A DNA stretch of 64,000 bases from NCBI GenBank assembly GCA_045600365.1, contig JAZRXT010000156.1, positions 3,516 through 67,515 of the forward strand, read 5' to 3'. Position 1 is the stretch's first letter, and every line of letters starts with the position of its first letter. Positions 26,796 to 35,146 of the stretch are shown piece after piece. The position numbers and the translations under genes are program-made. The DNA comes from Kiritimatiellia bacterium (GTDB taxonomy: Bacteria > Verrucomicrobiota > Kiritimatiellia > RFP12 > UBA1067). The notes beneath the pieces were generated by a model. That model had not been told where the DNA came from. It searched no databases and saw nothing but the letters and a program-made list of their open reading frames with translations.

Positions 26796-27644
26796 TCATT
26801 CCGGCGAACGAACGGCGGCGATCGTCTTCGCGCCGCAGGCGAGCATCACCAGACGGTCCACGCCCAGCGCCACGCCGCCCGACGGCGGCATCGATTCCAG
26901 TAGCTCAAGAAACTCCTCGTCCAGCGGGTAGTCCGCCTCGCCCAGGCGCCGCCGCTCTTCGCGCGCCGCCTCGAATCGAACCCGCTGCTCCCTGGAGTCA
27001 ACCAACTCGCCAAAGGCATTGGCGAGTTCGATCCCCTCCACATACAGCTCCCATCTCTCGGCCACGCTGGTTCCACCCTCATCGCGCAGTCGCGCCAGCG
27101 ACGCCGCACCCGGAGGATAATCGATGAGGAACACCGGCGCGGACCCCAGCGAGGGTTCGATCTTCGCTGCCATGTCGAAGTCGAAGCGCTCCTGGTCCCA
27201 ATCCGCGAAAGGATCCCATCCTGCGTATCGCCGATATGCCTCGCGCACGGTCAGGCGGGCAAAGGGCACGACGAGACCGAGCACACCCGCGACCAGCGCC
27301 TCCATGTCGGCGAGAATGTCGAGGTATCCAGCGTTGGCCCGGTACCACTCGAGCATGGTGAACTCGGGCGCGTGCCTGCGCCCGCTTTCGCCTTCCCTGA
27401 AGCACGGACCGATCTGATAGATTCGTTCCATGCCGGCCGCCAGCAGCTTCTTCATCTGAAGCTCCGGCGAGGCGCGCAGGAAGCAGTCGCCGGACGCCGG
27501 ACAGTCAATATGCACCTCCGGTGCCGGGGCGCGAAGTCGCACCGGGGTATCGACCTCGATGAAACCGCGGTCGTCGAAGAACGCGCGTATGTGGCGAAGC
27601 ACACGTGCACGCTCGGCCAGATTTGGCAATGGACAGTTCTGCAT
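26796..27644 (-). CDS. epmA: EpmA-like EF-P lysyl transferase / truncated class II lysyl-tRNA synthetase paralog (GenX/PoxA)
   Basis: Class II aaRS motif 2 (IYQIGPCFREGESGRRHAPEFTMLEWY) and motif 3 (GGVALGVDRLVML) are present. The protein is 282 aa with no anticodon-binding domain. Confidence 0.6.
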   Translation of the reverse strand: MQNCPLPNLAERARVLRHIRAFFDDRGFIEVDTPVRLRAPAPEVHIDCPASGDCFLRASPELQMKKLLAAGMERIYQIGPCFREGESGRRHAPEFTMLEWYRANAGYLDILADMEALVAGVLGLVVPFARLTVREAYRRYAGWDPFADWDQERFDFDMAAKIEPSLGSAPVFLIDYPPGAASLARLRDEGGTSVAERWELYVEGIELANAFGELVDSREQRVRFEAAREERRRLGEADYPLDEEFLELLESMPPSGGVALGVDRLVMLACGAKTIAAVRSPE

Positions 27645-27740
27645 TCTTCTCCTGGGGAATCGTTCATTCTAGTTTATCACATATCCATCGGAATATCCAG
27701 CCCTATCTCGCGGCACGATTTCAACGATCAAACTTTCAAA

Positions 27741-27769
27741 TTGATTTTGGCGGCGCATAATGATATAAT
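27741..27769 (+). promoter_or_regulatory. Consensus sigma70 promoter TTGATT-17-TGaTATAAT; ATG 10 nt after -10 (leaderless)
   Basis: TTGATTttggcggcgcataaTGATATAATggagttgtcATG. The -35 is at 27741-46, the -10 at 27764-69, and the ATG at 27779. Confidence 0.55.
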
Positions 27770-27778
27770 GGAGTTGTC

Positions 27779-28663
27779 ATGACACCCAATGCCACCATAG
27801 CCGCGCCACAAGGTGTGGCGGAGGCCTTCCCAAAACGCGAACCCGGGCTCAACAAGTACACAGTCGGAACCGTCGCTGTAATCGGGGGCTCGTCCCATTT
27901 CAACCACGCCCCCGTGATCGCCGGTCTCGGCGCGCGCGCCGCAGGCGCAGGCCTTGTCCACCTCGTTGTTCCAGACGCATCACGCATCGCAGCTGGCGCC
28001 ATGCTCTGCGAAGCGACGTTCGTCAAGCTCACGCCAACCTGCGTGCCGCCCAAGGCCGATGTCACCGTGGTCGGCAATGGGCTGGGTATCTCGCAGGGCT
28101 CGGAAATGCTGGTGTCGCGCGTGCTCTCGGGCAGCGCCGGGTGCTTCGTGCTTGACGCCGATGCGCTCAACATCCTCGCCAGCTGGTATGCGGCCAAACC
28201 AGGCAGGCTCCCCACCACCGCCGGCCAGCAGCTTGTGCTCACACCCCATTCCGGCGAGGCCGCGCGCCTGCTGGCGTGCAAGAGCGCCGACATTGACGCC
28301 GACCGCCCAGGGGCAGCCCGCGAACTTGTGGAACGCTACCGGGCGGTCGTAGTTCTCAAGGGCCCCCACACCATTGTGGCCAGCCCAGAAGACAATTCCA
28401 CCTTCGTCTGCCAGGCGGGGAATCCGTTTATGGCGCTCGGCGGCATGGGCGATCTGCTCGCCGGGGTGGTCGCGGCCCGATGGGCGCGTCTCGCGCATCT
28501 CCGCGCCGACAATGCCGCAACCGCCTTCGCCGCCGCCATGTCCGCCACCTGGTTGCATTCGACCGCGGCCGATGCGCTCGTGCAGGCGGCAGAACCCGTC
28601 GAATGCTCCGTGGCGGAAACAGCCCGCAAGATCGCCTCCATCCGCATCGCACTTGAAAGGTAG
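27779..28663 (+). CDS. ADP-dependent NAD(P)H-hydrate dehydratase (YjeF C-terminal / carbohydrate-kinase-like domain)
   Basis: VLDADALN, VLTPHSGEAARLL, VVLKGPHTIVASPED and GNPFMALGGMGDLLAGVVAA are YjeF_C motifs. Confidence 0.8.
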   Translation: MTPNATIAAPQGVAEAFPKREPGLNKYTVGTVAVIGGSSHFNHAPVIAGLGARAAGAGLVHLVVPDASRIAAGAMLCEATFVKLTPTCVPPKADVTVVGNGLGISQGSEMLVSRVLSGSAGCFVLDADALNILASWYAAKPGRLPTTAGQQLVLTPHSGEAARLLACKSADIDADRPGAARELVERYRAVVVLKGPHTIVASPEDNSTFVCQAGNPFMALGGMGDLLAGVVAARWARLAHLRADNAATAFAAAMSATWLHSTAADALVQAAEPVECSVAETARKIASIRIALER

Positions 28664-28668
28664 CACAA

Positions 28669-29775
28669 ATGGTAAACCACGAATCACTCATCAAGCACCT
28701 TACCGTAACCGGTCCGGGCAAGTTCGGCCTCGTATCGCAGCAGGCCTCATCGACCGCGGGAATTCTCTTCAACACGCTTGGCGACAGGATGAGCGCGCTC
28801 TTCTCGCCTGAGCACGGATGGTTTGGTCTGGCGGCGGCAGGCGAGAAGACGGAAGGCGCCATTCACCCCTACTGGCGGATACCCGTGCACTCCCTGTATG
28901 GCGAGACGCGCAAGCCGACACCGGAGATGCTCGACGGTCTCTCGCGCCTCGTGGTGGACCTCCAGGACATCGGCGTCAGATGCTACACCTATCTGGCAAC
29001 GCTGAAGCTCGTGCTCGAGGCGGCGACGGACGCAGGACTACCAGTCACCGTGCTGGACCGCCCCATTCCCCTGGGTGGTATTGTCGACGGCCCCGGGCGA
29101 ACCATGGAATTCGCATCCTTCGTCGCCCCGCTGGACATTCCCCTCTGCCATGGCATGACCCCAGGCGAGTGCGCGAAGTACATCGTACGCGAGCAGCGCC
29201 TCGACCTTGACCTCACCGTCATCAAGATGAAGGGCTGGAGCCACTCCTCGCGCAATCCCTGGCCGAACTTTGTTCCACCCTCCCCCGCCATCCGCAGCTG
29301 GGATTCCGCCGCCCTCTATCCCACCACCGTCTTCACCGAGGCGTATCCGGCCCTCGACTGCGACCGCGACGGCCCGCTCGCCTTTCGCGTGCTGGGTGCC
29401 CCGTGGATCGAAGCCGCTGCGCTGCTCGACGATTTCAGCGAGCTTCTGCCATCATGCGGAATGGGTGCGAGACCAATCAAGTACCGCCCTGTGGGCGGAC
29501 GCTACGCCGGCATGCTGCTTGATGGACTGCTCTTCTCGATCGAGCAGCCGGACGCCTTCTATCCCGTCACTGCGGGGGCACTGGTCTTCGCCTCTCTCTG
29601 GAGGCGCCACCGCAACGACCTGCGCGTCGATGCAAGACCGGAGTGGATGGACAAGCTCACTGGCTCCACCCGACTGCGCGAATCGCTTCACGGCGATGCG
29701 CTCAACCAACTGCTACAGACCTGGATCGAAGAGCAGGAGCCCTACCTGGAGAAGAAGGTCGACCTCTACTGCTGA
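28669..29775 (+). CDS. DUF1343-family protein (NamZ-like exo-beta-N-acetylmuramidase-type)
   Basis: FSPEHGWFG and LVVDLQDIGVRCYTYLATL match the DUF1343 signature (PEHG...D[IL]QDVG.R.YTY). Confidence 0.6.
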   Translation: MVNHESLIKHLTVTGPGKFGLVSQQASSTAGILFNTLGDRMSALFSPEHGWFGLAAAGEKTEGAIHPYWRIPVHSLYGETRKPTPEMLDGLSRLVVDLQDIGVRCYTYLATLKLVLEAATDAGLPVTVLDRPIPLGGIVDGPGRTMEFASFVAPLDIPLCHGMTPGECAKYIVREQRLDLDLTVIKMKGWSHSSRNPWPNFVPPSPAIRSWDSAALYPTTVFTEAYPALDCDRDGPLAFRVLGAPWIEAAALLDDFSELLPSCGMGARPIKYRPVGGRYAGMLLDGLLFSIEQPDAFYPVTAGALVFASLWRRHRNDLRVDARPEWMDKLTGSTRLRESLHGDALNQLLQTWIEEQEPYLEKKVDLYC

Positions 29776-30620
29776 TCTGGACGGACCGGCGCCGGGGGCA
29801 GTCCGGAATCGAAACCGACGATCGCGATGCCGAGACGATTCGCGTATTCGACCACTCGCTCACGTTCCAGGAGCAGTAGTCGCCCGGCCTGGAAGCCAAG
29901 CGCCGTCACACCGGCGCGCTTCATGGTCTTGAGCGTCTTCAGGCCCACAACCGGAATGTCGAAGCGCATATCGTGTCCGTCACGGGCTCCCTTCACCAGC
30001 ACGGCCCCGCGTCCGCCCAGACGCCCACCGCGCTTGATTGCGGCGTTGGTGCCCTCGAACGCCTCGACGGCCAGCGTCATTCCGTCCTTTACCAGGACAG
30101 TCTGCCCCACGTCATGGCGGCCCATGTCGCGCATGACCACCGAACCATGCGCAATGTCGCGCGCCTCGCGTTCGTCGGGAGTCCGCATGGTAAGAACACC
30201 GACGCCGGGGAGGTGGCGCTCCATGAACGACGAGGCAGGAAGCACCCTTGCACCAACCTTCTCGAGTTCAGCGGTCAGCTTGCCGTAGATCGTGTGCGCC
30301 GTCTTGCAGGGAAGGGACGCGAGCCAGGAACGGGACTCCTCGTCGAAGCGTGTGCGAAAGAGGGAGAGCGGGCTTATCTGCCCAGCGAAAATGCAGCCAT
30401 CGTATTTCTGCTCTCCAACCCACCGCACGCCCGAGGCGATCTCGCCGAGTCCATGCACGTGCACATGGTCGGCCGCACGGCAGGTGGCGCGCTCCGCCGA
30501 ACCGCGCACGGCAAGCACATCGACCGTGGCAACGCCAGCAGCGCGGGCACCCTCGACGACCAGCCGCGGATATTCCCCGGCGCCGGCCAATACGACTATC
30601 CTTGATGGCAGATATGACAT
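29766..30620 (-). CDS. lpxI: LpxI-family UDP-2,3-diacylglucosamine diphosphatase (DUF1009)
   Basis: IVVLAGAGEYPRLVVEGARAAG at the N-terminus and VLVKGARDGHDMRFDIPVVGLKTLKTMKRAGVTALGFQAGRLLLLE match the LpxI pattern. SD AGGAAGTG. Confidence 0.6.
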   Translation of the reverse strand: MSYLPSRIVVLAGAGEYPRLVVEGARAAGVATVDVLAVRGSAERATCRAADHVHVHGLGEIASGVRWVGEQKYDGCIFAGQISPLSLFRTRFDEESRSWLASLPCKTAHTIYGKLTAELEKVGARVLPASSFMERHLPGVGVLTMRTPDEREARDIAHGSVVMRDMGRHDVGQTVLVKDGMTLAVEAFEGTNAAIKRGGRLGGRGAVLVKGARDGHDMRFDIPVVGLKTLKTMKRAGVTALGFQAGRLLLLERERVVEYANRLGIAIVGFDSGLPPAPVRPDQQ

Positions 30621-30624
30621 GGCA

Positions 30625-31929
30625 TCACTTCCTGTAGAATACTATTGTTCCAAGTTCAACCGACTTCTCGTCGATCTTGTCGCCAGTAATGATCCGGCCT
30701 CGAATGTAGTAGTAGGTGTCGGGCGAACGCCAGGCGGCGCCGGCGATCCGGTATGGCGTCTGTTCGGCGGTCACTTCACCCCGTTTGTATCCAGGAAGCT
30801 TCGCCAGCGACTCAAGATCTGTCACGACATTGCCCGGCTTGCCCAGACTGAAATTCTTTGGCAGCGGCAGCACCTCGCCGGAGGCCGTCGGCGCCTCAGT
30901 TGTCTCTTCCACCGCCGGTCGCGCACCTGGCACGAACTTCGCCTTCTTGCGGAAGAACTTGCCGGTGAGGCCGATCGCGTCGATGAGACTTTCACCGTCG
31001 TCTGCCGGTTCTGCCGTGGTGTTCGCCGGCGGATCGGTCTTCTCCGACGGCACCACCAGCGGCGGCTTGACCACAGGCGGCGGGGACTTGGCCGTCTGCG
31101 CCTTCGGTGCCGGCGACGCCTTCGCGCCCTTGGTCGGCCTCGAAGATGGCTTGGCGGCGGTGGATGGCTTGGCGGCAGTGGAGGGGTTGGCCGGTTTCGG
31201 GGCGGCCGCCACGGCGGCACCTCGTCCGTAGATGCGGGACATGGTATCGGTGCTGCCGTAGAGAACCGAATCAAGATACGAATCCGCCTGGATCAGGCGC
31301 TTTGCCTTTACGTCGGGATCCGAAGTCGGACGCGCCTTCAGGCCAAGCTTGGCCCGTACGCTGGGCATGGCGAAGAGCATGCCGCAACGCTTGCGTCCTC
31401 GATGCTTGCGCTTGTACCAGGTGTTCGGGGCTCCATAGGCAACGTGGGAGTGACAGACGACCTGATCGTCCTTCAGGCTGTAGATGCGCTTTAGTCGGTC
31501 GACCAGCTCCTTCAGCGCCGCGAGCTGCACCAGCGGCATCTGCTTGTCATGATACCCCACCACCTCGATGCCTACGGAGAAGCAGTCGCAGTCCTCCTTG
31601 CCCTTCCACATTGAACGTCCGGCGTGGAAGGCCTCGCGGTCGCGGTCGATGATTCGATAGGCGATGCCCTGTTCGGTGAGGCAGTAGTGCGCCTCGCCAC
31701 GTTCGCTGAGCTTGTTCAGCGCACTGCGCGCGTGCGCCTCGGTGGTGTGAAGCACAATGAGCCGGGTCGACTTGCGGAACTGGCGCTCCTTGTTGCGCGG
31801 CGATCGGTAGTCGTCTCGCAGCGTCAGCGGCGCGGCGGAGGCGCATAGCGCCGCCGCCGCGCACAGCAACAGTGCCGCAGACCGGATCAGTCCGTGGGCC
31901 GTCAGATGTTGAGCGAGGTGCTGCTCCAC
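30625..31929 (-). CDS. Secreted N-acetylmuramoyl-L-alanine amidase (Amidase_2/AmiD-AmpD type) with Pro/Ala/Lys-rich linker and C-terminal binding domain
   Basis: The Amidase_2 core reads IVLHTTEAH...HAGRSMWKG...DCFSVGIEVVGYH...VVCHSHVAYGAPNTWYKRKHRGRKRCG. The only plausible start giving a signal peptide is the GTG at 31929 (MEQHLAQHLTAHGLIRSAALLLCAAAALCASAAP), which overlaps the gpmI 3' end by 28 nt. The upstream 100 codons of the listed ORF look non-coding. Confidence 0.6.
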   Translation of the reverse strand: MEQHLAQHLTAHGLIRSAALLLCAAAALCASAAPLTLRDDYRSPRNKERQFRKSTRLIVLHTTEAHARSALNKLSERGEAHYCLTEQGIAYRIIDRDREAFHAGRSMWKGKEDCDCFSVGIEVVGYHDKQMPLVQLAALKELVDRLKRIYSLKDDQVVCHSHVAYGAPNTWYKRKHRGRKRCGMLFAMPSVRAKLGLKARPTSDPDVKAKRLIQADSYLDSVLYGSTDTMSRIYGRGAAVAAAPKPANPSTAAKPSTAAKPSSRPTKGAKASPAPKAQTAKSPPPVVKPPLVVPSEKTDPPANTTAEPADDGESLIDAIGLTGKFFRKKAKFVPGARPAVEETTEAPTASGEVLPLPKNFSLGKPGNVVTDLESLAKLPGYKRGEVTAEQTPYRIAGAAWRSPDTYYYIRGRIITGDKIDEKSVELGTIVFYRK

Positions 31930-33488
31930 GGTTCCTTGCCCGCCAGCAGGGACGGAGTTGTCATCTCGCCCGGAATCTGCAGCCCCAGCATCTGAAGGGC
32001 CGTGGGGGCGATCGCTGAAAGCTTCGCCAGCGGCGTGAGCCTCACGCCGGCGGCGTCCTTCGCGACGTAGAAGCAGTCGACGAGATTGAGCGTGTGCGAG
32101 GTCTTCGCAAGGCCGGTGCGGTAGTCGACCATCTGCTCGGCGTTGCCGTGGTCGGCAAAGATGAGCACATGGGCATCGAGCTCCATCAGCCGGGGCATGA
32201 TCTTGCCGATGCACTCGTCGGTCACCTCGACCGCGCGCGTGGCGGCGGCGATATCGCCCGTGTGGCCCACCATGTCGCAGTTCGCGTAGTTGACCACGAT
32301 GAAGCCGTAGGGGTTGTTCTCAAGACGACGGAGCAGTTCGTCGGTGACGGTGTATGCGTCCATCTCGGGATGGGAGGCGAACGTCGCCGGATCGAAGCGG
32401 CTCTTCACCTCGACCTGATCCTCGCCTTCGGACGGCGTGGTGGACTTGCCGTTGAAGAAGCTGGTCACATGGCGGAACTTCTGGGTCTCGGCGAGGCGCA
32501 GCTGACGGATGCCGGCGCGGGAGACGACTTCGCCGAGCAGATTGTCCATGCCGCCGCCGGCGCCCATCGCGCCGAGCAGATAGTCCTCGAACTCGTCCCA
32601 GTAGCGGGTGAAGCCGAGATAGGTGACCTTCGGCCGGGCGGTGCGCGCACCGGCGTAGTCATCGCACACGAACGCCTGGGTCAGCTGGATGGCGCGATCC
32701 TGGCGGTAGTTGGTGTGCATCACCACGTCGCCGTCCTTGACGCCGGCATAGCCATCGACCACGCAGCATGGGATGTACTCATCGGTCATCGGCGTGCCAT
32801 CAGGGGTCTTGTCGTTGGCGTACGAGTCCTTGATCGCGTCCTCGACGCTCTTGATGACCTTGCCTTCGCAGGAGACAATGCAGTTGTAGGCCTTGGAGGT
32901 GAGTTCCATGTTGCGCACGCGGTCCATACCGTAGTAGCGGCCCATGATCGTGCCGATGGAGGCGTTGCCGATTGCCGCGAGCTCCTGCTTGAGACGAGCC
33001 ACGTACTCGAGCGTGGAACGGGGCGGCGTGTCGCGCCCGTCCAGGAACGGATGCACCACGATCTTGCCCTCGGGGAACTCCGAACGCGCCCGCTTCATGA
33101 GCTTGAAGAGGTGTTCCTGATGGGCGTGCACGCCCTCGTCCTGCAGCAGACCGAAGAAGTGGAAGGTCGAGCCGTTCGCCTTCCAGTCGGCGATCAGCTT
33201 CGCCCACTTGGGGCTCTTGAAGAGCTCGCCGCTGGAAAGGCCATCATCGATGCGCTTGAGTTCCTGAACCACGATGCGGCCGGCGCCCATGTTGAGATGG
33301 CCCACCTCCGAAGAACCCTGATAGCCGTCGGGCAGACCCACGGCCTCGCCGCAGCAGTCAAGCAGACAGTGCGGGTAGCGCGCCCGAATGCCGTCAATGA
33401 CCGGCGTTTTCGCCGCCACCACGGAATTTCCATCATGATGCACATTCACGCCCCATCCGTCACGGATGATAAGCACAACCGGTCTCAT
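31902..33488 (-). CDS. gpmI: 2,3-bisphosphoglycerate-independent phosphoglycerate mutase
   Basis: This is a full-length iPGM. It has DGWG, the metalloenzyme motifs (FADHGNAE, TGDIAAATRAVE) and SD GGAG. Confidence 0.9.
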   Translation of the reverse strand: MRPVVLIIRDGWGVNVHHDGNSVVAAKTPVIDGIRARYPHCLLDCCGEAVGLPDGYQGSSEVGHLNMGAGRIVVQELKRIDDGLSSGELFKSPKWAKLIADWKANGSTFHFFGLLQDEGVHAHQEHLFKLMKRARSEFPEGKIVVHPFLDGRDTPPRSTLEYVARLKQELAAIGNASIGTIMGRYYGMDRVRNMELTSKAYNCIVSCEGKVIKSVEDAIKDSYANDKTPDGTPMTDEYIPCCVVDGYAGVKDGDVVMHTNYRQDRAIQLTQAFVCDDYAGARTARPKVTYLGFTRYWDEFEDYLLGAMGAGGGMDNLLGEVVSRAGIRQLRLAETQKFRHVTSFFNGKSTTPSEGEDQVEVKSRFDPATFASHPEMDAYTVTDELLRRLENNPYGFIVVNYANCDMVGHTGDIAAATRAVEVTDECIGKIMPRLMELDAHVLIFADHGNAEQMVDYRTGLAKTSHTLNLVDCFYVAKDAAGVRLTPLAKLSAIAPTALQMLGLQIPGEMTTPSLLAGKEPWSSTSLNI

Positions 33489-33643
33489 TCTTCCTACTCC
33501 TTATGATATTTGCGATAAATCTCCAGCCCGTCGGAGAAAGCCCCGACAGAAGACACATAATTCTACCACATTCGAAGACAACAGTCAACTTCAAACACGG
33601 CGTTCGGTGAATTCTGAGCATCGCCTTCTGGCTCATCCGCAGG

Positions 33644-33937
33644 ATGGTCCGCCGCCATATCGGTCACTTGCGCCGTCCATGCTACTATTCGGCGGAACGC
33701 GCACGCCGACTCGCCCTCGCACAGCAGCGGCGTAGACAGTGCCGTCGCTCGACGACGAATCCACGTCCGTCACTGGACTCGATCCGTGCGTACTTCGCGC
33801 AGGTCAAGGGCAACCCAGAGGCCGCGCTACGCCTCGGCGGGCTGCTGGAGGACCTCGAATGCTATCTCGACAACCGTCCACGCTTCGCAGGTGAGCACTG
33901 CCTCGGCCGCGCGGGCGGCATCAAGCGGTATCTGTAG
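33644..33937 (+). CDS. Orphan ORF in low-GC3 island (hypothetical, may be non-coding)
   Basis: It is 97 aa with an Arg-rich N-terminus and no recognisable domain. Its codon usage is atypical for the window. Confidence 0.2.
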   Translation: MVRRHIGHLRRPCYYSAERARRLALAQQRRRQCRRSTTNPRPSLDSIRAYFAQVKGNPEAALRLGGLLEDLECYLDNRPRFAGEHCLGRAGGIKRYL

Positions 33938-33976
33938 AAGAACGCTCCGGATCTCTTCTCGCACTACTCGGCACTC

Positions 33977-34381
33977 ATGCGCTACAAAGCAATCGCGAAA
34001 CGTTTCCGACAGGCCGCCGGCGTCGCCGATCCCGTGCCAGTAGACGCGCTGTTGCCCGGCGCTAAGGAAGGATGTGCCACGCCGGCTGCGGAGGGAGTTA
34101 CGGTGTTGTCGGCAGAACAGGATAGGGCGATAGATGGAGAAATCGCCCCAATGGCGGAGGGAGGCACTACGCCGACACCAACGACGGCGACTGCGGCGGC
34201 GCGGGAGAAGGCGATGGATATCCTCGCGGACGGAGCAGGGACGGTCATCGCACTAGAGGCGGCACTTGCGTTGCGGCTCGATCCGGACTGCATACCCGCA
34301 ATGGCGGAGCCAGCGGCACTGCGCACGAAGAAGACTGCGCCGCGAGTCCTCGACTGGCTGCGACGACGACGATCGGCGTGA
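33977..34381 (+). CDS. Orphan ORF in low-GC3 island (hypothetical Ala/Thr-rich protein)
   Basis: It is 134 aa. Many A-ending codons (GCA, GGA, CGA, ATA, CTA) contrast with the >85% GC3 of neighbouring genes. No family was recognised. Confidence 0.25.
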   Translation: MRYKAIAKRFRQAAGVADPVPVDALLPGAKEGCATPAAEGVTVLSAEQDRAIDGEIAPMAEGGTTPTPTTATAAAREKAMDILADGAGTVIALEAALALRLDPDCIPAMAEPAALRTKKTAPRVLDWLRRRRSA

Positions 34382-34543
34382 ATCGACCAATGGAACTTCG
34401 ACTGGTGAGAGGTTCGGGCGGATTGATTAAGTTGGATTTTATTTCGGAACAATATACTTCAGAGACACAGGTGGTCGATTGATACAGAGGAACGGAGTGG
34501 TTGAAGCGGATTGGGGGACAGTCCCCGCTGATCCTGAGCATGG

Positions 34544-35065
34544 TCATCCCAGAGGCGTCGGGGGGAGGGTGTAGCAGGCGCCGTTGTAGAAGTAGTTGTA
34601 GCCGTCGAAGTAGTACCCCTCACCGTAGCAGTAGACGCCGTCGATGTACATACCCCACTCCATGTCAACCCAGGTCCAGGTATGCAGCGCACCAACCTGC
34701 ACCACCGGGAGGATTCTCGGACGCGCCCAGAAGCGGGCACCGTGCGGGATATGGTGACGGAACATGTGGACATGGTGACGCGGGGGCATCGGACGATGAC
34801 CAACCCCAGGACCGCCGGGCGTCGGACGCGGCGCGAAGCCACGGCCACCCGGCATCGGACGCGGTGCGAAACCGCGCCCGGCGGGTCCCCTGCTCACCAT
34901 TTTACCACCGGCAGGGCCACGGGGTGCCTGCATCTGCCGCGGAGCCATGCCCCCGCGTCCACCACCATTGCCGCGGGGACCGGGGCCGCCCCTGCCAGGG
35001 CCCGCCATGACCAATCCTGCAGCCGCACACACGCCGAACAAAACCATGAATTTGAACTTGTTCAT
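34544..35065 (-). CDS. Secreted low-complexity protein: Gly/Pro/Arg-rich repeats followed by a Tyr/Gly-rich aromatic C-terminal domain
   Basis: ATG at 35065 with SD GAAGGTG. The signal peptide is MNKFKFMVLFGVCAAAGLVMA. Repeats include PAGRGFAPRPMPGGRGFAPRPTPGG, and the C-terminus reads YCYGEGYYFDGYNYFYNGACY. Confidence 0.5.
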   Translation of the reverse strand: MNKFKFMVLFGVCAAAGLVMAGPGRGGPGPRGNGGGRGGMAPRQMQAPRGPAGGKMVSRGPAGRGFAPRPMPGGRGFAPRPTPGGPGVGHRPMPPRHHVHMFRHHIPHGARFWARPRILPVVQVGALHTWTWVDMEWGMYIDGVYCYGEGYYFDGYNYFYNGACYTLPPTPLG

Positions 35066-35086
35066 AAGCACCTTCACTTTCTCCGC

Positions 35087-35138
35087 TTTTGCGGTCCAAC
35101 TACATTAGGAAAGGAATCGCCTTGATTCTGACACTCCG
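35087..35138. repeat. 12-nt direct repeat GCGGTCCAACTA x2 (40-nt spacing) upstream of the Gly-rich protein gene
   Basis: ttttGCGGTCCAACTAcatt ... ctccGCGGTCCAACTAgcga, located between the transporter stop and the 35065 start. Confidence 0.3.
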
Positions 35139-35146
35139 CGGTCCAA

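Noticed and set aside
30625-32214. Full 529-aa extent of the amidase ORF (start at 32214)
   Set aside because: The first ~95 codons overlap gpmI out of frame and translate to Arg/Pro-rich low-complexity sequence. The signal peptide begins only near 31929, so the gene is shortened.
34490-34510. GGGGGACAGTCCCCG hairpin near the end of the Gly-rich protein gene as a terminator
   Set aside because: It is a short stem with a 3-nt loop and no following U-run on either strand.
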